Of a stretch of DNA of 59,663 nt, positions 1 to 9,268 are shown in pieces. The DNA lies in IMG/VR virus record IMGVR_UViG_3300031949_000041, positions 1-59,663 of that record; one strand, given 5' to 3'. The stretch comes from a virus (lineage: Duplodnaviria > Caudoviricetes). The position numbers and the translations under genes are program-made. Every line of letters starts with the position of its first letter. Positions within the stretch are counted from its first letter, which is position 1. The notes beneath the pieces are model-generated. The model was given only the letters and a program-made list of their open reading frames with translations. It searched no databases and had not been told where the DNA came from.

Positions 1-153
1 GTGCGGAGTGGCGGCTGGTCGGCGTAGTCCCGGCGGATCTGATCGAGTTGCTGCGCGCCGCAGCGAGACTGGACGCTCTGTCTGAGCGCATCACGACGAT
101 CGCCGACGAGGCCGGGGGCGGTCTACAGCCGGTGTGCCCCGTGGAGGAGTCTC
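1..153. repeat. Terminal direct repeat, left copy
   Basis: Identical to 59511-59663 except G27 vs T59537. Confidence 0.95.
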
Positions 154-448
154 TGACGTACATCGAGGGCATGCTGTCGCGGTGGCGTGACGCGGCCGAG
201 CCGGCCGCCACACCGAAGCGCCGCGCCAAGCGCGCCACGCGCCATGTCCGCTGATACGCCGGCTTCCACGCGCACGCCGGGCGCCCCGCGTAGAACGCAA
301 ACGCTCCGTGCATCGTCTTGCAGCGCCGCCCCTCGTGGCACGATCGGCATGGTTACGGTGACAATTCACATGACAAATACACATCAACCCCCACCAGCCG
401 TTAGGCCAATGGGGGCTTGTTGTGTTCTAGACTAACGCGCGATTGGGT

Positions 449-820
449 TTATGTCTTGGGTGGCTTCGTCGCCGGCATCGAACCGCTCGGGCAACGGATT
501 CGTCGCACCGTGTCTTCGGCAGTGTCGGTGACGTGTTGCTCGAGGTTGGCCTGCGCGATCTGAAGTCGATTACCGACGTGATGTCGCGTCTCCTTCGCTA
601 CGCCCTCGACGTGCGCCAGCGTAGCGCTGTGCTGCCGGGCCGACTCTACCGCCGCGCCCTGCAACGTAATTCGCAACTCCTTCACTTCGGCCGTCAGGCT
701 GGTGACGACGCCTTTTGCTGCCTCGCCAGCTCCGCGCAGGCCGGCGCGCAGGAGCACGAACAGCCCGTAAAGCACGGCGGAAAGCATACCAAGCGCGCCA
801 TATTGCAGGTAATCAGGCAA
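449..820 (-). CDS. Holin-like membrane protein
   Basis: GAGGAG upstream of TTG start; N-terminal hydrophobic helix (YGALGMLSAVLYGLFVLL) then coiled coil; last gene after the endolysin. Confidence 0.5.
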   Translation of the reverse strand: MPDYLQYGALGMLSAVLYGLFVLLRAGLRGAGEAAKGVVTSLTAEVKELRITLQGAAVESARQHSATLAHVEGVAKETRHHVGNRLQIAQANLEQHVTDTAEDTVRRIRCPSGSMPATKPPKT

Positions 821-2174
821 CGGGCGGCTCCTCGTCGTCAGGCACCGTGAGCGCATCCAGGCGCGCGGCGTCCACAGCTTCCCGGCCAGCGTCGGCGAGC
901 GACAGCGCCAACACTCCGCGCAAGATCGCGCGCTCTTGGTCGAGCAATGGCGGCTCGACTGCCTCGGGCGGCACGGCCGGCGGCTCGTCCCACAAGGTAA
1001 GGTCGTCCGGCGGTTGCGCCTCGTCGTCTACCACGAACCCGAGCAACGCCGCCGCGGCGAAGGGTGCCCATTCGCGTTCCCAGCGCCGGCCACTCTCGTT
1101 CGCCCCGATGCATTCGTAGCGTTCTGGCTCCGAGACGATGACCCGGTCGATGTGCCCGGTCCACGCACCAGGCGCCCCGCGGTGGTAGATCGCGAGCGCA
1201 CCGGGCGGAGGTCGGTAACCGGCACGGATATCCTCTACCGAATACCACCTTCCGCGTAGGCCAGCGCGGGCGTCTGCTGCCACTTCCTTGGCAGCGGCAC
1301 GCCACGGCGGCAAAACCTCGCCAGGCTCGCCAGAGGCCAACTCAGCCCAGCCTTGTGCCGCTGCACAGTGGTTCCCGGTGGTAAGCCCCAAGCGATGCCC
1401 ACCGCGTTCGCACCCAGACATGTACTCTGCGATCCTGCCGGGCGGCGGCGCAAAATTACCCCACCGGGCAGCTTCGTCGAGACACGCCTGCAACGCCCTC
1501 TCGCGTAGGGGACGGCGCTCGCCCGGTGGCATCACCAGCACTGGCGGTGGGGGTTCGGTCGGCGCGTGTTCGCGCAGAGCCGGCAGCACGTATTCGCGGC
1601 ATGCCTCCGGACCGCCCTTCGTGAGCTGCCACACGTGGGCCGCTGCGTCAGCCCCGGTGCCGGCCAGCAGATGGAACCCACCGGCGTGTACGCTGGCTTG
1701 CCGGTTCGCACGCTCGAGCCCTAACTCATGGAGCACCAAATCGGCGGTATCCCGCGTCGAGGCGTACGGTGGGGTGATTTGACTGTGCGTAAGGACGAAC
1801 ACGCCCCGGCCAACGACGGCCGCCCGCGCGTACTCGATGACGCCCTGCAACGGCCCCACCGTGGACGAATGCAACCCGTCGATCAGCACCACCGCGGCGC
1901 AGGCATCGCGTGCGGCTTGATCACGCAGCCACGCCCGCCCGGCCCAACACCCGGCGGAGAAACACAGCAAGACGACCTGGTCGTCAGCACGCCGCGCCGG
2001 CAGGTACTTCGCCAGCGCTGCGTTGAGTGTGCGCGCGGTGGACGCCAGGCCCTTGTGCTCGTCATACGACGCAGAGAAACCTCCCGCGTTGACGAACCTC
2101 GGCACGACGCCGAGTGCTGTTTCGTAAGTGGCGCCCACCTTCGGATCGGCGTGGATGAAGAGCGCTACTGTCAC
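813..2174 (-). CDS. Putative endolysin: alpha/beta-hydrolase-like N-domain plus CHAP-like amidase
   Basis: LLCFSAG and VVLIDGLH in the N-half; NHCAA...GHIDRV...IGANE (Cys-His-Asn pattern) in the C-half; Pro-rich linker; lysis-module position. Confidence 0.6.
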   Translation of the reverse strand: MTVALFIHADPKVGATYETALGVVPRFVNAGGFSASYDEHKGLASTARTLNAALAKYLPARRADDQVVLLCFSAGCWAGRAWLRDQAARDACAAVVLIDGLHSSTVGPLQGVIEYARAAVVGRGVFVLTHSQITPPYASTRDTADLVLHELGLERANRQASVHAGGFHLLAGTGADAAAHVWQLTKGGPEACREYVLPALREHAPTEPPPPVLVMPPGERRPLRERALQACLDEAARWGNFAPPPGRIAEYMSGCERGGHRLGLTTGNHCAAAQGWAELASGEPGEVLPPWRAAAKEVAADARAGLRGRWYSVEDIRAGYRPPPGALAIYHRGAPGAWTGHIDRVIVSEPERYECIGANESGRRWEREWAPFAAAALLGFVVDDEAQPPDDLTLWDEPPAVPPEAVEPPLLDQERAILRGVLALSLADAGREAVDAARLDALTVPDDEEPPVA

Positions 2175-2359
2175 GGCTTCCGCCGCCCGAGCGCCCGCTT
2201 GAGCGCGTCCTCACTGGCCGCCGAGCTGGCCGCCGCCGTAGCGCGCCGGATCGCTTCGACCTTGCTCTTGCTCGACAGGATCGTGTCGAGCAGCTTGCCA
2301 AACAGGCCAACGGCTTCGGGCGGGATCGCCCCGAGGATCCGAATTACTTTTTCGAGCAT
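2171..2359 (-). CDS. Small hypothetical protein, lysis module
   Basis: 62 aa; overlaps both neighbours. Confidence 0.55.
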   Translation of the reverse strand: MLEKVIRILGAIPPEAVGLFGKLLDTILSSKSKVEAIRRATAAASSAASEDALKRALGRRKP

Positions 2360-2646
2360 TGGATCCAGTCCTCTCGCTTCGCGTCGTACTTACGCCGCAG
2401 CTCGGGCAGCGCGGCGCAGTCATCGTAGTTGCTACCCGCGCAGAGTTGCACCGCCTCGGCGAGGTAGCTGCCTTCGATCTTCGCCAGCGCTTCCGGAGTG
2501 CACGCCGTCGGCACCGCGACAGGCCCGCACGACATGCACATCCAGAGCAGCGCCGAGCCGAGCACGACGCAGGCCAGCGACCAGACGACGAGCCCGATCG
2601 CCGCGTTCAGCGCCTCGTCCTTTGGCTCTGGCGTGCCGCGATTCAC
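2344..2646 (-). CDS. Membrane-anchored or lipoprotein, Cys-rich (spanin-like position)
   Basis: GTG overlaps the upstream stop; hydrophobic stretch ending ...LLWMCMSC; paired Cys. Confidence 0.5.
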   Translation of the reverse strand: MNRGTPEPKDEALNAAIGLVVWSLACVVLGSALLWMCMSCGPVAVPTACTPEALAKIEGSYLAEAVQLCAGSNYDDCAALPELRRKYDAKREDWIQCSKK

Positions 2647-2987
2647 GCCAGCGGCTCCGGCGGCTTGTCGCTCGCTGCGATGACCGCGGGCTTCTCGCCG
2701 TACGGCAGGAACGGCATGTCCGAAAGACCCTTGTGGCCTCCCATCGCGGCGAGCCACGCCGCGAACGCCAGAGCCGCCGCCTCGCGGTAGCTCCGCCCGC
2801 TCTGCAACGCCTCGGCGTAGGCCGCCAGCGCTGCCAGCGCGAACGGCACGAGCCACCGCCAGCGGTCCGGCACCCGCGCCCACAGCGCCCTCGCGCCGGG
2901 CGCCCGACGCAGAGCGTAGCTCAACGCGCCGACGACGAACGTCACCGCCGCGAATGCCGTAGGTTGATTCATGGTCGCTTCGAGCAT
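2643..2987 (-). CDS. Holin-like protein with 2-3 TM segments
   Basis: GGAG RBS; hydrophobic helices; upstream of the endolysin. Confidence 0.55.
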   Translation of the reverse strand: MLEATMNQPTAFAAVTFVVGALSYALRRAPGARALWARVPDRWRWLVPFALAALAAYAEALQSGRSYREAAALAFAAWLAAMGGHKGLSDMPFLPYGEKPAVIAASDKPPEPLA

Positions 2988-3109
2988 CGTAGTCTCCAAT
3001 TCATGTCGCCATATCGAGCACGCGCGGCAAGCTGCCTCCGAGCCCGCCGAGAGGGACCAGACGCGAACGTCCGGCAGCGTCGAGCCCGGGAGCAGCTTGC
3101 CGCGCGTGC

Positions 3110-3226
3110 TCAGTCGTCTGCGTCGGTCAGCAGTACCGGCGCTTCGACCGTGGTGGTGATCTGGTTGGCGGCTTCGACCGTGGTCTCTAACACCGGCGCT
3201 TCGACCGTGGTCTCCAGAAGAATCAC
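3110..3226 (-). CDS. 38-aa peptide with three TTVEA repeats
   Basis: GAGG then GTG; MILLETTVEAPVLETTVEAANQITTTVEAPVLLTDADD; DNA repeat GCTTCGACCGTGGT x3. Confidence 0.4.
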   Translation of the reverse strand: MILLETTVEAPVLETTVEAANQITTTVEAPVLLTDADD

Positions 3227-3233
3227 GTCAACC

Positions 3234-3608
3234 TCATGGCTGAAACAGCAGCAGCCGGCTCCACGACATCCAATCGAGCGTCTCGCCAGCAACGCCTGTT
3301 GCGTCGAGCAGCACGAACGCCCCCGAAAGCGTGTACGTGATCAGATCGGTGACGAGCAGCGGTGCGCCGAGCCGAGCCGGCACGGTCTGCGCCTCGATGG
3401 TTTTTACGCCACCGATGTCGCGCACTGTCGCCTCGCGCCGGATGCGGTTGCTCACGCCGTCGTTCGCGCCGCCGAGCACGCGCACCACCGCATCGGACGT
3501 TACCGAGAAACTGTGGTCGATGGGCATCCGAAACGCCGCGAGTGTGACGACCGCAGCCCCCACGGTCTGCCCGTTGCCACGCAGGTAGATGCGTCGGTGT
3601 ACCGCCAT
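3234..3608 (-). CDS. Virion/tail-associated protein, paralog A
   Basis: Shares LGGANDG, RDIGGV.T.EAQ and ARLG.P with 3613-3987. Confidence 0.7.
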   Translation of the reverse strand: MAVHRRIYLRGNGQTVGAAVVTLAAFRMPIDHSFSVTSDAVVRVLGGANDGVSNRIRREATVRDIGGVKTIEAQTVPARLGAPLLVTDLITYTLSGAFVLLDATGVAGETLDWMSWSRLLLFQP

Positions 3609-3612
3609 TGGC

Positions 3613-3987
3613 TCACGGCTCGAACACGATCATGTCCTGCCAGCTCATCCAGTCGATCGTCTCGACGGCGATTCCGGTCGCACGCAGCTCCAGGGTGTTG
3701 CCGACCGCGACGTGGGCAATGTCCACGAGTATGAGCGCCGGATTGCCAAGGCGCGCGATGGCGTTTTGCGCTTCGACCGTCAACACGCCGCCAATGTCGC
3801 GTGCCACTACGTCGCGGCGCGCTCGCGTGGTCAGCCCGTCGTTCGCGCCGCCGAGGATGCGTGCCACCGCATCGCAACGGATCGAGACGGAGTGCCCGGT
3901 CGGCACGGTGAACGTCGCCAGGACAACGGTCGCAGCCGGCGCGGTCTGACCGCTGCCGCGCATCTGGTGGCTCCAGAACAGCGTCAT
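3613..3987 (-). CDS. Virion/tail-associated protein, paralog B
   Basis: 124-aa tandem paralog of 3234-3608. Confidence 0.7.
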   Translation of the reverse strand: MTLFWSHQMRGSGQTAPAATVVLATFTVPTGHSVSIRCDAVARILGGANDGLTTRARRDVVARDIGGVLTVEAQNAIARLGNPALILVDIAHVAVGNTLELRATGIAVETIDWMSWQDMIVFEP

Positions 3988-4499
3988 GCCGGCGCCAGGG
4001 TGACGAGGGTGCCCGAGCTGCCGAGGTGCATCAGCGCCCCCGAGGTCTCGAACAGGTTGCCGCCGCCCACCGGGTTCACGGCGGGCGCGACGGCCGCATT
4101 GCCGAGGAAGTAGGGAATCGTCGGACTGAGCGCGTACGCCCCTCCGTCGGCCACCAGCAGCTTCCCGTCGTCCGCTGGATCGGCCGGAGTCGGCACCCCG
4201 TCGAGCTTGGCCTTGTCGGCGCCCGACAGGAACCCCGCCGCGCCGGCCGGCACTGCGACGGCGTGCTGCGTGCCGCCGCCCCGCAGGCCGTGCTGCGCGT
4301 CGGTTGCGAGCACGCCCACCTGTACGTCGTTCGCGTTGACGGCGATAGAACCGTCTGCGTTGGCGACAGCGTCGAACGTCCGGTCGGCCGAGAGGTCGCC
4401 GCCGCCGGTCAGCCCGGCTCCGGCCGTGAGCGTTCGCGTTGCCGGCACGCCGCTGCCGCCGCCCAGCGCGAGCCCGTCGAGGTTGATGAACGTGCTCAT
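3984..4499 (-). CDS. Tail-fibre-like protein
   Basis: AGAGLTGGGDLSADRT and GFLSGADKAKLDG fibre-type motifs; PADPADDGK module. Confidence 0.65.
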   Translation of the reverse strand: MSTFINLDGLALGGGSGVPATRTLTAGAGLTGGGDLSADRTFDAVANADGSIAVNANDVQVGVLATDAQHGLRGGGTQHAVAVPAGAAGFLSGADKAKLDGVPTPADPADDGKLLVADGGAYALSPTIPYFLGNAAVAPAVNPVGGGNLFETSGALMHLGSSGTLVTLAPA

Positions 4500-4858
4500 G
4501 TCAGCTCGTCGTCCTGCAAGTTGCCACGTACGGTCATCGTCAGCGAGCCAACCGCCGCCGTCCATACCGCGCGGGTCCAGCGCCACTGCGCGTTGGAGAC
4601 GTTCCACAGGATGGGCGATCCGGCCGCCGGATCCGCCGTGCTGTTCGGCACGTCGAGCCACGAGGTCGCGCCGGGCGGTCCCGGGTCGTTGCTGGCCTGC
4701 AGCTTGAACGTGCCGGTGCCGGCTCCGGTGAACACCACCGAAAGCGAAACGCCGCTGATGCGGGTCATGCCAACCGGCGCGGAGTCGAAGCTGGCGCTGA
4801 TGACGACGGCGTTGAGCACGACGCCGGCATCGGTCTGGAGCAGGAACGGTTCGGACAT
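4496..4858 (-). CDS. Beta-rich hypothetical virion protein
   Basis: Coupled ORF in the tail region; GTFKLQASND. Confidence 0.6.
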   Translation of the reverse strand: MSEPFLLQTDAGVVLNAVVISASFDSAPVGMTRISGVSLSVVFTGAGTGTFKLQASNDPGPPGATSWLDVPNSTADPAAGSPILWNVSNAQWRWTRAVWTAAVGSLTMTVRGNLQDDELT

Positions 4859-4866
4859 GAGTCCTC

Positions 4867-5175
4867 TCAGGTGAAGGGTTCGAGAACGTGCAGCGAGCGG
4901 GCGTGCGGTTGCCACGTTCCCGACGGGTTGGTCAGTTGCGGCTGCACCTTCGCCGTGCCCGCGACGAGCGGGTGCCCGACAGCCGGCGTGTGCACGAGCG
5001 TCAGGCTCGTCGTCGTCTGCGCTGTGATCGTCGCCGTCCAGCTCGTCACGTCGCCGTTGGCGTAGCGCACGGCGAGCGAGACCGCGCTGACCAGCGACAG
5101 ATCCAGCGTGCTCGACGTGATGACGACGGTCACCGGGTAGGCCGGGCCACCAGCGAGCGGGATCTCGGCGCTCAT
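4867..5175 (-). CDS. Ig/BppU-like small structural protein
   Basis: 102 aa, Thr/Val-rich beta pattern. Confidence 0.5.
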   Translation of the reverse strand: MSAEIPLAGGPAYPVTVVITSSTLDLSLVSAVSLAVRYANGDVTSWTATITAQTTTSLTLVHTPAVGHPLVAGTAKVQPQLTNPSGTWQPHARSLHVLEPFT

Positions 5176-5178
5176 CGT

Positions 5179-5505
5179 CTAGCCGGGCGGAGCAGTGTGC
5201 GCCGGCTGCGTCCGACGAAACACGCCCGCTGTGATGTCGAGCGTCCAGCGCTCGGTCGGATTGGTGACGTCGATTCCGTGCGACAGCGCGATCCGCTGCC
5301 CGGCGGCGTGCATGGCCTGCTGCACCTGGGAGATCCGAGCGATGACCTGGACCTTCTGCAGTTCAAAGTCGGCTAGCTGGAGTTTCAGCCGTGCGATCTC
5401 GCCGTCTAGGCGCGCGAGCGAAACCTGCTCATCGGGCGGCAGCCGCCGCTCGGTCTCGTCGTGGCCGTTCGATTGCTTCTCGATCTTCTTCGTCAGCTTG
5501 CCCAT
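5179..5505 (-). CDS. Coiled-coil hypothetical protein (possible fibre chaperone)
   Basis: AGGAG RBS; heptad pattern; follows a fibre gene. Confidence 0.55.
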   Translation of the reverse strand: MGKLTKKIEKQSNGHDETERRLPPDEQVSLARLDGEIARLKLQLADFELQKVQVIARISQVQQAMHAAGQRIALSHGIDVTNPTERWTLDITAGVFRRTQPAHTAPPG

Positions 5506-5515
5506 GGGCGGTCTC

Positions 5516-7294
5516 CTACGCCATCAACCCGAGACTACGAAGCGCGGCGCGGACCTTGTTGATCTGCGTGAGCAGGCTGGCGTTGTTGTCGTTCGTCGTC
5601 GCCTGCGAGTACACGCCGCCGCCGTCGTTGATTGTGGTGCCGGGCGCCCCGGTCGTGCTGTCGGTCAGCGTCACCATGTCGGCCGGCTGCGCTGCGGGCG
5701 CTGCCCCGAACAGGCCGATCCTCTGCGTGCCGTCGTATCGACCCTGAAAGAAATTACCGCCCGTCTCATTCTTCAGCACTACGTCAGCAAATCCCCCGGC
5801 GATTGCACCGGACTTCAGCGTAATCCCGCCTCCGTTCGTTCCGGCGCCGGCCGCGCCCGAACCCTCGATGTTGACGCTGCCGCCGTCGCCGGAGTCCGTT
5901 TCTTGCGCGTGTATCGTGAGGCTTGCTGCGTTTCCGCTCGCTCGCGTCTCCTGCGTGAGCAACGGCGTGACTCCCAACCCCTCCCATTGCACGGTCGAGC
6001 GATCGAACCAAAACGCCGTCGAATCGACGTGCGCGGCAAGCGCGGTGCCGACGTACATCGCTACGCCCGAATTGCCCTGGAGCACGAATTGTCCAGCGGC
6101 GTTGAATGCCACCGCCTGACCGGCCGCCGTCGTCAGCACCCCTCCGGTCACTGCTACTAATGCAACCGACGCGCCAGTTAAACCACCCTGTCCACCAACA
6201 ACGACGGCATGCAAGCCGCCGAGTTGTAGAAACACCGACGCCGTAGGAGCATTGACGTACGACGACGCTCCGTTGCCGAGTAGCGCATAATTTGATGCGC
6301 CCGGGACCACGCCACAATAGATACCGCTGTAACTCGCGGGGTCAGCCGTGTAACCGCCCAACGTCGCCCGCGCGCCGTCGGGATTACCGTTCAGCCCGTA
6401 CACATCGACTGCGCCATAACGACTGCCGCCGATGTAGAAGTCTACAGCGGACCCTCGTACCCGCGTGGTGTGCGTCGTGCTGCCGACCTGCACGATGTCC
6501 GAGCCGTCCACGGTGAGCGCCGCAACGTCTCCGGCGCCGGCCGCATCCCAGGAGATCGACTGGTTGTTTGCGAGGCGGAGCGCTCCTCCCGCCGCCGGGG
6601 TCGCCCCGATACTCAGGTACGTCGAGCCATCGGTGATCAGATTCGCACCGAGCGCGTACGCGCCCGCCGCTGCGAACAGCATCTTCCCGTCGTCGGCAGG
6701 GTTCGCTGGCGAAGGAACCGGAACCGGGATCGTGACGACCGTCTTGCCGCCCGCGTCCGACGCGACGACGCCGGCACCGACGAAGTTGATTGTGGTGCGG
6801 GTCGGCAGAGGCACGCCTTCGTCCTCGATCGAGGAGTAACCTCCGGCTAGCGCCGCGAATGCCGCCAGCAGAATCTCGTTCAGGATCTCCGTCGTGCCGT
6901 GCGTCGCCTGCCTCTCGACTGTCTCAGATACGAAGAACGGACGCTTGCCGTTGGCGTCCAGAACGTAGACCGCCGAGAGCGCTCGCGTGTTGTTGTCGCC
7001 AGTGACATCGGGGCCGCCGTTGACGGTGCACTCGATGCCGTAGGCTTGGGCGAGTCCCGCCGGCAACGTGAAGCTGGCGATCTGCCCAGACGGCGAGCCA
7101 CTCAGAGTCGGGACGAGCGCCGCCTGCGCCGCAGCGTGCGTCCCGAAACAACGCCACGAAATCAGCGACGGATTGACGCCGACGACCGAAACAAGCCGGC
7201 AGTTGACCACGACCGACGCGGCGGCGTCCTGCGCCACGCCGGCCGGACCGTAGATGCCGGTCCCCGGGTCGATCTCGAAACTTGCGCTAGCCAT
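5516..7294 (-). CDS. Tail fibre protein
   Basis: 592 aa, Gly/Ala-rich; DEGVPLPTRTTINFVGAGV; C-terminal INKVRAALRSLGLMA. Confidence 0.75.
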   Translation of the reverse strand: MASASFEIDPGTGIYGPAGVAQDAAASVVVNCRLVSVVGVNPSLISWRCFGTHAAAQAALVPTLSGSPSGQIASFTLPAGLAQAYGIECTVNGGPDVTGDNNTRALSAVYVLDANGKRPFFVSETVERQATHGTTEILNEILLAAFAALAGGYSSIEDEGVPLPTRTTINFVGAGVVASDAGGKTVVTIPVPVPSPANPADDGKMLFAAAGAYALGANLITDGSTYLSIGATPAAGGALRLANNQSISWDAAGAGDVAALTVDGSDIVQVGSTTHTTRVRGSAVDFYIGGSRYGAVDVYGLNGNPDGARATLGGYTADPASYSGIYCGVVPGASNYALLGNGASSYVNAPTASVFLQLGGLHAVVVGGQGGLTGASVALVAVTGGVLTTAAGQAVAFNAAGQFVLQGNSGVAMYVGTALAAHVDSTAFWFDRSTVQWEGLGVTPLLTQETRASGNAASLTIHAQETDSGDGGSVNIEGSGAAGAGTNGGGITLKSGAIAGGFADVVLKNETGGNFFQGRYDGTQRIGLFGAAPAAQPADMVTLTDSTTGAPGTTINDGGGVYSQATTNDNNASLLTQINKVRAALRSLGLMA

Positions 7295-9264
7295 CAGTGC
7301 CCTTCCGTCTCAACGAACAATTCCGAGGTCACGACGATTATGTCGTTGGCCGGGGAGCCTCCGATCGTCAGTTCAAACGTGTCGCTCGGCTGGCAGGGAA
7401 TACGGCTCTCGATCTGAAAACACACGAGAGTTGCGGACAACAGGTACGCCGGCAAGTACGTCGTGACCTTGGCGCCGTTGCGCTTGATGTAGAGGTAAAT
7501 CGTATTGGCATCCGCCGCGTTGATGACGGCGCGGATCTGCCCCCGGATGAAAAACGTCCCGTCACCGAAACCACGGGCCGTCCACAGTCCCTGATTGCCG
7601 CCGGCCGTGGTGAACAGCTCCGCGTAAGCGAAGGTCGCGTGGCGGCTCATCGACTGGACGGGGCGCGTGTCGAGCAGGATGCGCTGCTCCGCCACCATCT
7701 GCGCCGGGGTGTAGGTGATGTTGCCGGAGAGCGTTACCCGCGTGTGCCCGCCCACCCACTGCTCGTACGCGCCTGACACGCCGTCGAGTCGTCGGCATGT
7801 GGGGCGCCAGATCGTCAGAGACTCGTTGCCATTCACATCGTTGTTAATCGTGTTGGCCGCGAATCCCGGCAACTCAACAGCATCGAATTCCGTGCCGAAA
7901 GAGCCGTCGAAATTGAATGCGTCCACGTCGATCTGGCCGCCGATGAACTTCACGCCAGAGGAGCCAACGAGCGTGATGTCGCCGAAGTAGATGTTGCAGT
8001 TGAAGAACGCGAAGCCGTTGGTTATGCCAGCCGCAACGATCGCGTCGGCGCCTGCCGCGGTGTGGTTGATCTCCACTCCTGTCATCACGCCGTGCGCGGC
8101 GTTGGCGCCAGTCAACAGCGACACACCAGCAACTGTGCAATCGGTGATGTAGCCGCCCGTGACGGAGATATTGCCGCCAGCGATTGCCATTCCGGTTGCG
8201 CAGGCGCGGATAGCGATTCCGGTAGCTACCACGTACTCGCCGCGATCGCGCACGTCCATCCCGATCGCGCAACTCTCGGCCGAGTAGCGGGTGACGCTCG
8301 GGCCGCGATGATCGGCGGCTACGTTCAGCGTGTTCCACAGGATCACACCGGAGCCGCCGAGCGATTCACATCGTAGGCCGTCGATGCCCGCCTCGCTGAA
8401 TCCAGAGTTGGCTACGGCAGTGCCGTTGACGATGCCGTGCTGTCCCGCGCCAGCGCCAGACCCGAGGATGCGAAAATCCTGAAATAGAGTGCCTGCGCCA
8501 GCCACGACGAGCACGTCTGCGTTAGCCGTCGTGGCGAGCGTGCTCCGTGGTCCGACGCCGCGCATCGTCACGTTCGCGGCGACGCTGAACGGACCCGTTA
8601 CGAGGTAGGTTTTTGCGTCGAGCAGAATGGCGCCGCCCGCCGCGTTGGCCCACGCAAGCGCGGCCGTCAGTGCGGCGGAGTCGTCCGTCACGCCATCGCC
8701 GACTGCGCCGAACCATTCCAGGGGCCGCCCCGGCTGCGTGTCGAGCCTGTAGGTCCCGGCCTTGGCGCGCAGCACCTTCCCGTCGTCGCCGGGGTTCGCT
8801 GGGTTTTGGATGCCGCCGTCGTGATCGATGACAGTCCCGTCCGGCAACTTCTCGCGGAACCTGTCTACGTCCAGCGAGAAGAACAGCGCGCGGCCCGTCA
8901 CCGGAGCGGTGACGCTGTTCTCCGTCTTCGGCTGGAAGCGCAACGCCTCGGCCAGCGTCGTCGCCGCGTTCTGCGTCACGCTGATGTGCAGCGTGTAGTC
9001 CGTTCCGAGCCCGTCCGTGACCGTGACCGTGTAGACTCCAGCCACGTCGGGGGTGAAGCGCGGGGTCGGCAGCAAGCCGTTGTCGAGCGATGTCCGCGCC
9101 GCGCTCGCGCCGGCCGGGATGGCGATCGCCCACTGGTAGCTCGTCAACGCCGGAGTCACGCCGAGCACGATCTGCTCCGCCGTGACGAAGCCCTCGATGG
9201 CAAAGTCAGCTTCGCCGGTGATCATGGTCACCGATACCGAATTTGCGATGATTCCGTTCGCCAT
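7294..9264 (-). CDS. Tailspike/depolymerase with PKD-like N-domain and pectate-lyase-type beta-helix
   Basis: FTPDVAGVYTVTVTD; WFGAVGDGVTDDSAAL beta-helix entry motif. Confidence 0.8.
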   Translation of the reverse strand: MANGIIANSVSVTMITGEADFAIEGFVTAEQIVLGVTPALTSYQWAIAIPAGASAARTSLDNGLLPTPRFTPDVAGVYTVTVTDGLGTDYTLHISVTQNAATTLAEALRFQPKTENSVTAPVTGRALFFSLDVDRFREKLPDGTVIDHDGGIQNPANPGDDGKVLRAKAGTYRLDTQPGRPLEWFGAVGDGVTDDSAALTAALAWANAAGGAILLDAKTYLVTGPFSVAANVTMRGVGPRSTLATTANADVLVVAGAGTLFQDFRILGSGAGAGQHGIVNGTAVANSGFSEAGIDGLRCESLGGSGVILWNTLNVAADHRGPSVTRYSAESCAIGMDVRDRGEYVVATGIAIRACATGMAIAGGNISVTGGYITDCTVAGVSLLTGANAAHGVMTGVEINHTAAGADAIVAAGITNGFAFFNCNIYFGDITLVGSSGVKFIGGQIDVDAFNFDGSFGTEFDAVELPGFAANTINNDVNGNESLTIWRPTCRRLDGVSGAYEQWVGGHTRVTLSGNITYTPAQMVAEQRILLDTRPVQSMSRHATFAYAELFTTAGGNQGLWTARGFGDGTFFIRGQIRAVINAADANTIYLYIKRNGAKVTTYLPAYLLSATLVCFQIESRIPCQPSDTFELTIGGSPANDIIVVTSELFVETEGH

Positions 9265-9268
9265 GGGA

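Noticed and set aside
386-427. Intrinsic terminator between the convergent arms
   Set aside because: Only a 6-bp CCCCCA/TGGGGG stem with a large loop and a weak U-tract; too weak to call
1728-3734. 668-aa plus-strand ORF and similar long antisense ORFs
   Set aside because: Arg-rich shadow frames of GC-rich minus-strand genes that have RBSs and coupling
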